A stretch of 63,803 bases of DNA, the filler included, from an uncultured Methanosarcinales archaeon (GTDB lineage Archaea > Nanobdellota > Nanobdellia > Woesearchaeales > GW2011-AR9): NCBI GenBank assembly GCA_964434885.1. It is 4 parts of 4 records of this genome, joined end to end, with 100 filler letters (N's around TTAATTAATTAA, not from the genome) between each part and the next. Parts side by side here need not be neighbours in the genome. Positions count along the whole stretch, not along the records: positions 17,487 to 34,098 come from CAYSWQ010000017.1; positions 34,199 to 49,821 come from CAYSWQ010000018.1; 2 more parts are not named here. One strand, written 5' to 3'. A model generated the notes under the pieces. That model ran no database searches and had not been told where the DNA came from. It saw nothing but the letters and a program-made list of their open reading frames with translations. Shown here in pieces: positions 29,795 through 37,802 of the stretch; the first letter of the stretch is position 1, and each line of letters begins with the position of its first letter. A program made the position numbers and the translations under genes.

Positions 29795-29840
29795 ATGAAA
29801 CATACAACCATACATGAAACAGCGTTCCAAATATGAAACG
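29795..29840. promoter_or_regulatory. Candidate operator in the divergent wHTH/nitroreductase promoter
   Basis: ATGAAAC at 29795, 29814 and 29833 (19-bp period); near-palindrome CGTTCC-AAATAT-GAAACG at 29823-29840 next to a TATA box. Confidence 0.5.
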
Positions 29841-29874
29841 TTAAATATAAATACTCGAATAAAATACTATAAAT

Positions 29875-30534
29875 ATGGATATTTTAGATACAATCAAAAC
29901 CAGAAGAAATGTTAAGGAATTTCTTCCTAAATTTGTAGCTTGGGATGATATATCTAAGATTTTAGAAGCAGCTCGGCATGCTCCCAGTTCAGGAAATCTT
30001 CAAAATTGGCGTTTTATAGTGGCAATTGATCCTGGTTTAAAGCAAAAATTAGCTGAAGCGGCATTACAACAATATGAGATTATTAATGCCGGAGCATTGA
30101 TTGTTGTTTGTGCTGATCCAGAGAAAGCTGAGCGTTATTATGGCTTGCGTGGAGAGAGACTTTATACAGTCCAGAATTGTGCATGTGCAATTCAAAATAT
30201 GCTCTTAGAAGCTCATTCTTTAGGTTTAGCGACTAGGTGGATAGGTGCTTTTGAAGAAGAAATGGTTAAGAGAGAATTGAGTATTCCTGATCAAATTCGT
30301 CCTCAAGCTATTATTGCTGTAGGTTATCCTAAAGAAATACCTCAAAAACCACCCAAGTTACCTTTAGAAACAGTCGTCTATTTTAATGCTTGGAGAAACA
30401 GAATTAGAGACCCTTCTAAGTATATGCAAGAGTATTCAGTAATCCTAAAAAGAAAATTAGGATTGATAAAAGACACTGCCCAGAAAGCAGCTGGTCACGT
30501 CGTAGAAAAGGTTAAAGAACACATTAAAATCTAG
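29875..30534 (+). CDS. Nitroreductase family protein
   Basis: IKTRRNVKEF, ARHAPSSGNLQNWRFIV, QNMLLEAHSLGLATRWIGAF, IIAVGYP. Confidence 0.92.
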   Translation: MDILDTIKTRRNVKEFLPKFVAWDDISKILEAARHAPSSGNLQNWRFIVAIDPGLKQKLAEAALQQYEIINAGALIVVCADPEKAERYYGLRGERLYTVQNCACAIQNMLLEAHSLGLATRWIGAFEEEMVKRELSIPDQIRPQAIIAVGYPKEIPQKPPKLPLETVVYFNAWRNRIRDPSKYMQEYSVILKRKLGLIKDTAQKAAGHVVEKVKEHIKI

Positions 30535-30606
30535 AAACTATATTCTACAAAATATATTTTAAAAGAAAGAAACCTTTAAATAGCAGTTTAGTTATTCTAA
30601 AAAATA

Positions 30607-30702
30607 GGTTAGTTCATTATTTGGTGGTTAAGTTCAGTACAAAAATAAGGTTAGTTAGTTTTGTTCTTGTTAAATCAAATGGTTAGTTTGATTAGGTTAG
30701 TT
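30607..30702 (+). repeat. Clustered GGTTAGTT motifs upstream of ftsZ
   Basis: Exact copies at 30607, 30649, 30681 and 30695; variant GGTTAAGTT at 30626. Confidence 0.7.
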
Positions 30703-30829
30703 TTAGTTCAAGTAGTAGAAATACAAAACCAATATATAAGTCTTTATATAGTGTAAACTATATATTAAAACATCATATTCAAGTAAATCTTGGAATCAAA
30801 AAAAATAACCAAACGAGAGGTGGTATAAA

Positions 30830-31891
30830 ATGGATTTCCTGGTGGAAAAAGCCCTTGATGGGGTAGAAGACATAGGTGGAGAAGTACTACAAGCCAATAT
30901 TAAAGTTATTGGTGTAGGGGGAGCTGGTAACAACGCAGTTGGATGGCTCTATAAGAAAGGAATAAAAGGCGCTGAGATCATCGCAACAAATACTGATCAA
31001 CAGCACTTAAGCATCACTGGTGCTGACCGAAAGTTCTTGATGGGTAAAGATTGCACTCGCGGTTTAGGATGTGGTGGATTCCCAAACAAAGGAGCAGAAG
31101 CAGCTCAAGAATCTTTAACTGAAATTAAAGAATGCTTAAAAGAATCAGATATGGTTTTTGTCTGTGCTGGAATGGGAGGAGGAACCGGAACTGGTGCTTC
31201 CGCAGTTATCGCTCAAGTTGCTAAAGATGCAGGAGCAATTGTTATCGGAACAGTAACTATGCCTTTTAATATAGAAAGGGCAAGAGTTGATAAGGCTGAA
31301 TTCGGATTACAGCAATTAAGACAAGTTTCTGATACAGTTATTGTAATTGATAACAATAGATTAGTTCAAATTGCAGGAAATTTACCTGTTCAGCAAGCTT
31401 TTGCTGTAGCTAATGAATTAATCGCAACTATGATCAAAGGAATTGTTGAAACTATCGCAGTACCTAGTTTAGTTAACTTGGACTATGCTGATGTTAAGGC
31501 AATTATGACCAATGGAGGAGTAGCTGCTATTGGTGTAGGTTCCAGTGATACTAACAGCAGAGTAGAAGAAGCTGTAAAAGGTGCATTAAGCAATCCTTTG
31601 CTAGACATCAATTATGAAGGTGCAACTGGTGCTTTGATTCATGTAACTGGAGGACCAGATATGACTTTGGATGAAATTTCCAGAGTAGGAGATTTAGTTA
31701 CCGAAACTTTGGATGCTGAAGCTAACGTAATCTGGGGAGCTAGAGTTGACAACGACATGAAGGGAAAAATGACTATTATGACAATTATAACAGGAGTCAA
31801 CTCCCCATGGATATTGGGAAAAGCCAGTGGAAAAGTAGCTAGTTCAGAAGCGCAAAACCTTAGTAAAGAATTAGGAATAGAATTAATTTAA
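30830..31891 (+). CDS. ftsZ: Cell division protein FtsZ (archaeal, FtsZ2-like)
   Basis: GVGGAGNN, NTD, GMGGGTGTG tubulin signature, IDNNRL, NLDYADV; GAGGTGG RBS. Confidence 0.97.
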   Translation: MDFLVEKALDGVEDIGGEVLQANIKVIGVGGAGNNAVGWLYKKGIKGAEIIATNTDQQHLSITGADRKFLMGKDCTRGLGCGGFPNKGAEAAQESLTEIKECLKESDMVFVCAGMGGGTGTGASAVIAQVAKDAGAIVIGTVTMPFNIERARVDKAEFGLQQLRQVSDTVIVIDNNRLVQIAGNLPVQQAFAVANELIATMIKGIVETIAVPSLVNLDYADVKAIMTNGGVAAIGVGSSDTNSRVEEAVKGALSNPLLDINYEGATGALIHVTGGPDMTLDEISRVGDLVTETLDAEANVIWGARVDNDMKGKMTIMTIITGVNSPWILGKASGKVASSEAQNLSKELGIELI

Positions 31892-31907
31892 GCTGGGGAA
31901 AAGAGGT

Positions 31908-31949
31908 ACCGCTTGTAAGGAAGATTCGCAAGCGGTTTTATTTTTTTTA
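31908..31949 (+). terminator. Hairpin plus T-tract terminator after ftsZ
   Basis: ACCGCTTG (31908-15) pairs with CAAGCGGT (31929-36), followed by TTTATTTTTTTT. Confidence 0.7.
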
Positions 31950-32086
31950 TTTAATTTCAAATAATCATAATCAAAAATCACGCTGAAAAACTTGCCTTGG
32001 TAACCCCCTTTCTATACCACCCCACCGGGGCAAGCTTTTTCTTTTTTTCCATTAATTTTTTAAATAAACACAATTCTTTCAAAATA

Positions 32087-32368
32087 ATGGTTGTTTACGA
32101 TGTTGAATTAAATGAAGAAGAGATTAGGGCATTGAAAGGTTTATTTAATCGACCCCCTTATTTAGTTCAATCTAGAGAATTTTATCAAACCACTTCAGTT
32201 TGTATCGGTTCTCCTAGTTTTAATATACCTATTTTATCTTATACTGCAGAAACAATTAATTTGCATCATGGTATTTTATCTGATTTGAGTCCTTCTCAAG
32301 TTAAAGACATCAAAGAAAGACTTGGAAAAATAGATTCTTTAACTCAATTAGTCCAAGATGAATTGTAA
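32087..32368 (+). CDS. Small hypothetical protein (93 aa)
   Basis: ATG at 32087 (MVVYDVELNEEE) follows a TTTTTAAATA box; the track's upstream TTG start runs through a hairpin and is unlikely. Confidence 0.55.
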   Translation: MVVYDVELNEEEIRALKGLFNRPPYLVQSREFYQTTSVCIGSPSFNIPILSYTAETINLHHGILSDLSPSQVKDIKERLGKIDSLTQLVQDEL

Positions 32369-32537
32369 TTAGCAAGTTAAATTCTTTGTATTAAAAAACT
32401 GTCCTTGCCAAAGGAGGCCCATTTTTTGGTTTTTTCCAAAAAATCCCTGGGCCGTGCAGGGCAGTTTTGTTATACTTCCTTAATTTAACCAATAAACACA
32501 AGAAATCTATTTAAACTTCAATTGTTTCTAAAAATCA

Positions 32538-33359
32538 ATGAGAATTAACAAACTCAACGATTTAGAAGCTAAAGATTGGATGAAATTTACCAAAACTTGG
32601 TTCATCCATAACCCCCCTCCCAGAAAAAAAGACGAAGTTCTCCACCCAGCTAAATATCCAGAAGGGATGATTGAAGATTTTATCAGATTTTTTACTAAAG
32701 AAAATCAAGTAGTTTTTGATCCTTTTTTAGGTACTGGCTCTACATTAGTGGCTTGTCATAATTCCGGAAGAAAAGGAATTGGGATTGAATTACAGGAAAA
32801 ATATGGTAAAATAGCAAAAGATCGGATAAAAAAAATAGCTGAAAATGATCAAAACCCTACCCAAAAAGTAATCATTGGAGATTCTTTTAAAGTTAAAGAT
32901 ATCTGGAATAAGCACAAATTAAAAAAAATTGATTTCTTAATCTGTTCTCCCCCTTACGGACCAATGTTGAAAAAGAAAGGTTTGGTTCAAAAAAATAGAA
33001 AAGAACAAGGCCTAGATACCAAATATTCTGAAGATGAAAAAGACCTTGGAAATATAGATAATTACGATCAATTTGTAGACAAATTAGTTGATTTATTCAA
33101 AGAAATGAAAGAATTCATCAACGAAGGAGCTTACTTAGTAATAATCTTACAAAATTATCGGGAAGGTCCAGAATTTAAGACTTTAGCCTGGGATTTTTCA
33201 ACAAAAATGAAACAACACTACTTAATGTCTGGTTGCAAAATCTGGTGTCAAGACAACAAAACAATCTATCCTTATGGTTATAGATACTGCTTTGTACCTA
33301 ATGTCCATCACCATTATTGTTTAATATTTAGAAAGGAGGCTGAAAATGGGGATATTTAG
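32538..33359 (+). CDS. Amino (N4-C/N6-A) DNA methyltransferase
   Basis: HPAKYP, VFDPFLGTGST (FxGxG) followed by catalytic SPPY. Confidence 0.85.
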   Translation: MRINKLNDLEAKDWMKFTKTWFIHNPPPRKKDEVLHPAKYPEGMIEDFIRFFTKENQVVFDPFLGTGSTLVACHNSGRKGIGIELQEKYGKIAKDRIKKIAENDQNPTQKVIIGDSFKVKDIWNKHKLKKIDFLICSPPYGPMLKKKGLVQKNRKEQGLDTKYSEDEKDLGNIDNYDQFVDKLVDLFKEMKEFINEGAYLVIILQNYREGPEFKTLAWDFSTKMKQHYLMSGCKIWCQDNKTIYPYGYRYCFVPNVHHHYCLIFRKEAENGDI

Positions 33360-33948
33360 CTGGCTATTTGGAAAAAAAGAAGAAAACAAACTAGTTATCA
33401 AAGTACCACAAACAGATATCAATTTCTTCAAAAAGAAAGCAGAAGAAAAAATAAATACTGAAAGATGGGTTGGTAGAAGGAAAGATATCAAAATAAATAA
33501 TTTTGTTAATTGTTGGATTACTGAAGAAGCTTTCAAGAATATTTTGATGAAAAAGGGAATTTGGTTCCGCCATCGAGGAATGTATGTTGGAGATGCTTCT
33601 GGTTCAGTAATGGATTTTGAAGTTAAATTAAATGGAAAAATAAAATCAATTTGTATTAGATCGATTAATGAAGATTCATTAAAAAAATGGAAATCAGTAG
33701 CTTATCCTGATGATCGGTTCAGAGATGAAAAAGAAAAAATTGCAGATTATACTGTTGCGTGTCACAACAGTAATGGAAATGTAATGTTTTTAGGTATGAT
33801 TGAGAAAAGAAGACTTCTAGAAGAACTAAGTAACTCAAGAAGAATTTACAGCAAAATGAACCAAGAATACTTCCGAACTACTGGTTTAGATAAATTTAGA
33901 TTTGATCGGATGATGAATTGGATTAGTGATTTAGAAAAAGTTGAATAA
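33346..33948 (+). CDS. Hypothetical protein, possible PD-(D/E)XK-like restriction endonuclease
   Basis: Overlaps the MTase stop, GGAGG RBS; E-helix (TEEAF), MDFEV, ICIRS pattern. Confidence 0.4.
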   Translation: MGIFSWLFGKKEENKLVIKVPQTDINFFKKKAEEKINTERWVGRRKDIKINNFVNCWITEEAFKNILMKKGIWFRHRGMYVGDASGSVMDFEVKLNGKIKSICIRSINEDSLKKWKSVAYPDDRFRDEKEKIADYTVACHNSNGNVMFLGMIEKRRLLEELSNSRRIYSKMNQEYFRTTGLDKFRFDRMMNWISDLEKVE

Positions 33949-34033
33949 TTCTTAACGAAAAGTTTATATATTATAACAACTATAGTAGTTATAGAAGTAT
34001 AGATTAGTATATTTTGATACACATTGTTTTGCC

Positions 34034-34077
34034 GCTCTTTTCACGTTTTGTTTATTTCTGCTCTTTTCACGTTTTGT
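34034..34077 (+). repeat. Two 18-bp direct repeats near the contig end
   Basis: GCTCTTTTCACGTTTTGT at 34034 and 34060. Confidence 0.7.
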
Positions 34078-34098
34078 ATTTATATGGCCTTTCTGTTG

Positions 34099-34198
34099 NN
34101 NNNNNNNNNNNNNNNNNNNNNNNNNNNNNNNNNNNNNNNNNNTTAATTAATTAANNNNNNNNNNNNNNNNNNNNNNNNNNNNNNNNNNNNNNNNNNNN
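34099..34198. other. Artificial contig spacer
   Basis: 44N-TTAATTAATTAA-44N. Confidence 0.97.
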
Positions 34199-34710
34199 TA
34201 AATACCTAATGCTTGTAATCTATATACACTAATATCAATAGAAATTAATAATCCTTCATTTTTCAGCAATGCTGCCATCTTTGTAGTTTTGCTTCCTGGA
34301 GCAGCACACATATCTAAAACTAATTCTCCTGGTTTTGGTCTTAAAACCAATGGTGGAATCATACTAGCTGCCTCTTGAACATAAATCTGTCCTAAATGAT
34401 GCTCCAATAGATTACCTACATCTCTTCGATTACGAAGTTCAACTTTACTTCCTTTCTTATATTCTACTTTTGGACCTTTAACCCAAAATCCTTCTTTACA
34501 CCAAGGAATTGGTTTCAGTTCCCAACCTTTATTTTCAATTCTTTTTTTAATCTCACTAATTTTCCCCTTTAATGTATTAATTCGTATAGAACGATTCAAA
34601 AAACTAAGAGAATGTTTTCTAAATTCTTCCCACTCTGTCAAATTAGTATATCTTTCAACAAATTTATCTTTAAATTTAATTTGTTCTGCATTAGGTAATT
34701 GTTCCAACAT
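34199..34710 (-). CDS. RsmB/NOP2/NSUN family RNA m5C methyltransferase, 3' end cut by the contig end
   Basis: SIRINTLK, GQIYVQEAASMIPPLVL, VLDMCAAPGSKTT; start placed at ATG 34710. Confidence 0.9.
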
Positions 34711-34821
34711 ATTCAAACAAAACTTAATGAGTTTAAAAAAGTTTATCTTAATTATCTTCAGCCATATCAAAACCTATATAAACTCAAATTACTTTCTAAA
34801 CCTATCAAAGAGGTGAATTTA

Positions 34822-35817
34822 ATGGTTAATGTCGCAATCAATGGCTTTGGTAGAATTGGTCGAATGGTTTTCCGAGCTGGTTATCAAGATAAAAAAATAA
34901 ATTTTGTTGCTGTAAATGATTTAACAAGTACTGAAAATTTAGCTTACTTATTAAAATATGATTCTGCTCACAGAAAATTAAAAGATCAAGTAAAACATAC
35001 TAACGACTCTTTAACCATCGGCAAACAAAAAATTAAAGTTTTTGCTGAAAAAGACCCCTCTCAACTTCCTTGGAAAGAACTAAACATAGACATAGTAATA
35101 GAAAGCACGGGTTTCTTCCTAACTAAAGAATTAGCTAGTCAACATCTTAAAGCTGGAGCAAAAAAAGTTTTACTTTCTGCTCCTGCGAAAAGTGAAAACA
35201 TCAAAACTTTTGCCTATGGAATAAATCATCAAAAATATAATAAAAAAACAGATCACATTATTTCTAATGCTTCTTGCACTACAAATTGTTTATCTCCTAT
35301 AGCTTATATTCTAGATAAAAAATTTGGAATCATTTCTGGATTTTTAACTACTACTCATGGATATACTTCCTCACAAAAATTAGTTGATGGACCACATAAA
35401 AAAATGAGACGTGGTCGAGCAGCTGCTCAAAACTTAGTCCCCACTACCACTGGAGCAACATCTGCCACTAGCAAAGTTCTACCTCAATTAAGAGGTAAGA
35501 TGGATGGGATGGCTATGCGTGTTCCATTAATCAGTGGTTCAATTATTGATTTTACCTGTCAATTAAAAAAATCAACAACTATAGAAAAAGTTAATCGGGC
35601 CTTCAAAGAATCTGCTCAAAAAGAATTAAAAAACATCTTAAAATATTCTGAAGAAGAATTAGTTTCTACTGATATTTTAACAGATCCACATTCTGCCATT
35701 TTTGACAGCAAACTAACTCAAGTATTAAACAAAAACACTGTTAAAGTTTTTGCCTGGTATGATAATGAATGGGGCTATTCTTGTCGAATGATCGATATGA
35801 TAAAGTATATGTTTTAA
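34822..35817 (+). CDS. gap: Class I (bacterial-type) glyceraldehyde-3-phosphate dehydrogenase
   Basis: VAINGFGRIGR, SNASCTTNCL active site, WYDNEWGYS; GAGGTGA RBS before ATG 34822. Confidence 0.95.
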   Translation: MVNVAINGFGRIGRMVFRAGYQDKKINFVAVNDLTSTENLAYLLKYDSAHRKLKDQVKHTNDSLTIGKQKIKVFAEKDPSQLPWKELNIDIVIESTGFFLTKELASQHLKAGAKKVLLSAPAKSENIKTFAYGINHQKYNKKTDHIISNASCTTNCLSPIAYILDKKFGIISGFLTTTHGYTSSQKLVDGPHKKMRRGRAAAQNLVPTTTGATSATSKVLPQLRGKMDGMAMRVPLISGSIIDFTCQLKKSTTIEKVNRAFKESAQKELKNILKYSEEELVSTDILTDPHSAIFDSKLTQVLNKNTVKVFAWYDNEWGYSCRMIDMIKYMF

Positions 35818-35819
35818 AT

Positions 35820-37055
35820 TCACCCCAACATCTCTTCAATTCTTAACAATTGATTATACTTGGCAGTTCTTTCTCCCCGACAAGGAGCACCAGCTTTAAT
35901 CATTCCACAACCCAACCCCACAGATAAATCAGAAATAAAAACATCTTCTGTCTCTCCAGAACGATGTGAAACCATCACTTTCCAACCAGCAGCCAAAGCC
36001 AATTTAGCAGCGTCCAAAGATTCTGTTAATGTACCAATCTGATTTACTTTCAACAACAAACAATTACAACTTTTCTCTTTAATTGCTACTTCAATCAATT
36101 CCGAATTAGTTACTGTTAAATCATCTCCTACAATTTGGATTCCACTTTTCTCCCTCAATTTAGCAAAACTTTCAAAATCATTTTCATCAAAAGGATCTTC
36201 CATCGAATAAATCTTATATTTTTTTATTAATTGTAAATAATAATCTAACAATCCTTTTTTACTAAATTTCTTATGTAACTGATAAAAACCTTCTTTTCCC
36301 CTTTTTTCAACATAAAATTCTGAAGCTGCACAGTCCATTGCCAAATCAACTTTTCCAAAATAACCTGCTCTTCTAATCGCCAACCTGATAAGTTCCAATG
36401 CTTCTTCTGCTTTTTTTATTGGTGGAGCAAAACCACCTTCATCTCCCACATTTACTGCATTTTTACCATATTTTTTCTCAATCATTTTCTTCAAAATATG
36501 GTAAACTTCACTTCCAACTCTTACTGCTTCTTTAACTTTTTTCGTCTTAGGAGAAATCATAAATTCTTGAATCGCCAATTTATTTCCGGCGTGTTTTCCA
36601 CCATTAAGTACATTAAAAAAAATCCGTGGTAAACAAACTTCTCTTCCAGATTCCTTAGCCAAATAATCAAATAAGAACTTTTTCTGACAAAAAGATCCTG
36701 CCCTAGCTACAGCCAATGAAACACCTAGAATTGCATTTGCTCCCAATTTCTTTTTATTTTCAGTTCCATCTAAATTAATCATTAACTCATCAATTTTCCT
36801 TTGTTTAGTACAATCTAAACCGATTAATTTAGGAGCAATTTTCTTCTCAACATTTCTAATCGCTTTCTTTACTCCTTTCCCAAAATATTTTTTAGTTCCA
36901 TCTCTCAATTCTAACGCTTCATTAGTTCCAGTAGAAGCACCAGAAGGAACTGCTGCAGAAAAAATTAACCCCTTAACCAAAACATCTACTTCAATCGTGG
37001 GATTACCCCTAGAATCTAAAATTTCTCTAGCTTTAATCTTTCTTATTCTATTCAT
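35820..37055 (-). CDS. eno: Enolase
   Basis: [60 protein letters not shown]. Confidence 0.97.
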   Translation of the reverse strand: MNRIRKIKAREILDSRGNPTIEVDVLVKGLIFSAAVPSGASTGTNEALELRDGTKKYFGKGVKKAIRNVEKKIAPKLIGLDCTKQRKIDELMINLDGTENKKKLGANAILGVSLAVARAGSFCQKKFLFDYLAKESGREVCLPRIFFNVLNGGKHAGNKLAIQEFMISPKTKKVKEAVRVGSEVYHILKKMIEKKYGKNAVNVGDEGGFAPPIKKAEEALELIRLAIRRAGYFGKVDLAMDCAASEFYVEKRGKEGFYQLHKKFSKKGLLDYYLQLIKKYKIYSMEDPFDENDFESFAKLREKSGIQIVGDDLTVTNSELIEVAIKEKSCNCLLLKVNQIGTLTESLDAAKLALAAGWKVMVSHRSGETEDVFISDLSVGLGCGMIKAGAPCRGERTAKYNQLLRIEEMLG

Positions 37056-37109
37056 TTTACCTCTTTTTTAGAAAGATTAACTTTAAAGATTAAATAGTTT
37101 TCTAAAATA

Positions 37110-37760
37110 TTAATCTTTAGGTGGTTTCCATCCAGGTGGTGGATCCCATCCTCCTTCATCTTCAGGTTTCTCAAACAATTCAAAAGTTTTCACTAATTTG
37201 TACCTACACTGGCTTTTTTCCGCTAATAAATCCACCACTAGTTCGTATTTTCCTGGTTTAGATGTAAAACCCATATCAAATTCTCCAATGAAATTATATC
37301 CTTTGTCATTCAAGAATTTTTTGGTTCTATTAGTCTTGGTATGAAATCGCTTGTCATCTTTAAGTACCTTATGAATCAAATATACTTCACCAAAAAGTTG
37401 ATCTATTCCAATGTAAAATGTAAAAAAAACATCAGCCCCCACATCAAATTCGGGCCCTTCTCCCCCACAACCTTTTTCTTTACTCATATTACCACAAAAT
37501 TTAAATTCTTGAGGTTTTAAATTGCAAATGGATTTACTATCTGAATCAGATTCTTGTTTTACTTTCACTGTTTCATCTTTAATCGAAGGAGCATATGGTT
37601 TTCTTCCCGAATATCCAGTTACATTATTTGCCTGGCCTAATTTTCTCTCCAAATTACTACTCGGTATCTTTACAATATTTAATTCTTCTTTACACCCAGA
37701 ATAAGTTAGTATCAACCCCATCAATCCTGCAGCCACAGTTTTTTTAAATTTCGAAAACAT
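37110..37760 (-). CDS. Lipoprotein-like Ig-fold protein, paralog of 42788..43363
   Basis: LILTYSGC lipobox-like; FKFCG...GPEFDVGADV...PGKYELVVDL...FELFEKPEDEGGW. Confidence 0.7.
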   Translation of the reverse strand: MFSKFKKTVAAGLMGLILTYSGCKEELNIVKIPSSNLERKLGQANNVTGYSGRKPYAPSIKDETVKVKQESDSDSKSICNLKPQEFKFCGNMSKEKGCGGEGPEFDVGADVFFTFYIGIDQLFGEVYLIHKVLKDDKRFHTKTNRTKKFLNDKGYNFIGEFDMGFTSKPGKYELVVDLLAEKSQCRYKLVKTFELFEKPEDEGGWDPPPGWKPPKD

Positions 37761-37802
37761 TTACTCTTTAGAAATAACAATTATTTATAAAATTTATCAA
37801 TT

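Noticed and set aside
31986..32468. Hairpins as integron attC sites
   Set aside because: Ends do not match RYYYAAC/GTTRRRY and there is no integrase; kept only as unclassified hairpins
34034..34077. 18-bp direct repeat as a possible CRISPR remnant
   Set aside because: Only two copies with an 8-bp spacer, at a contig end, and no cas genes; no CRISPR array was seen in the window
34699..34821. Apparent overlap of GAPDH and the RNA methyltransferase via long N-terminal extensions
   Set aside because: Artifact of longest-ORF calling; ATG starts at 34822 (with RBS) and 34710 remove the overlap
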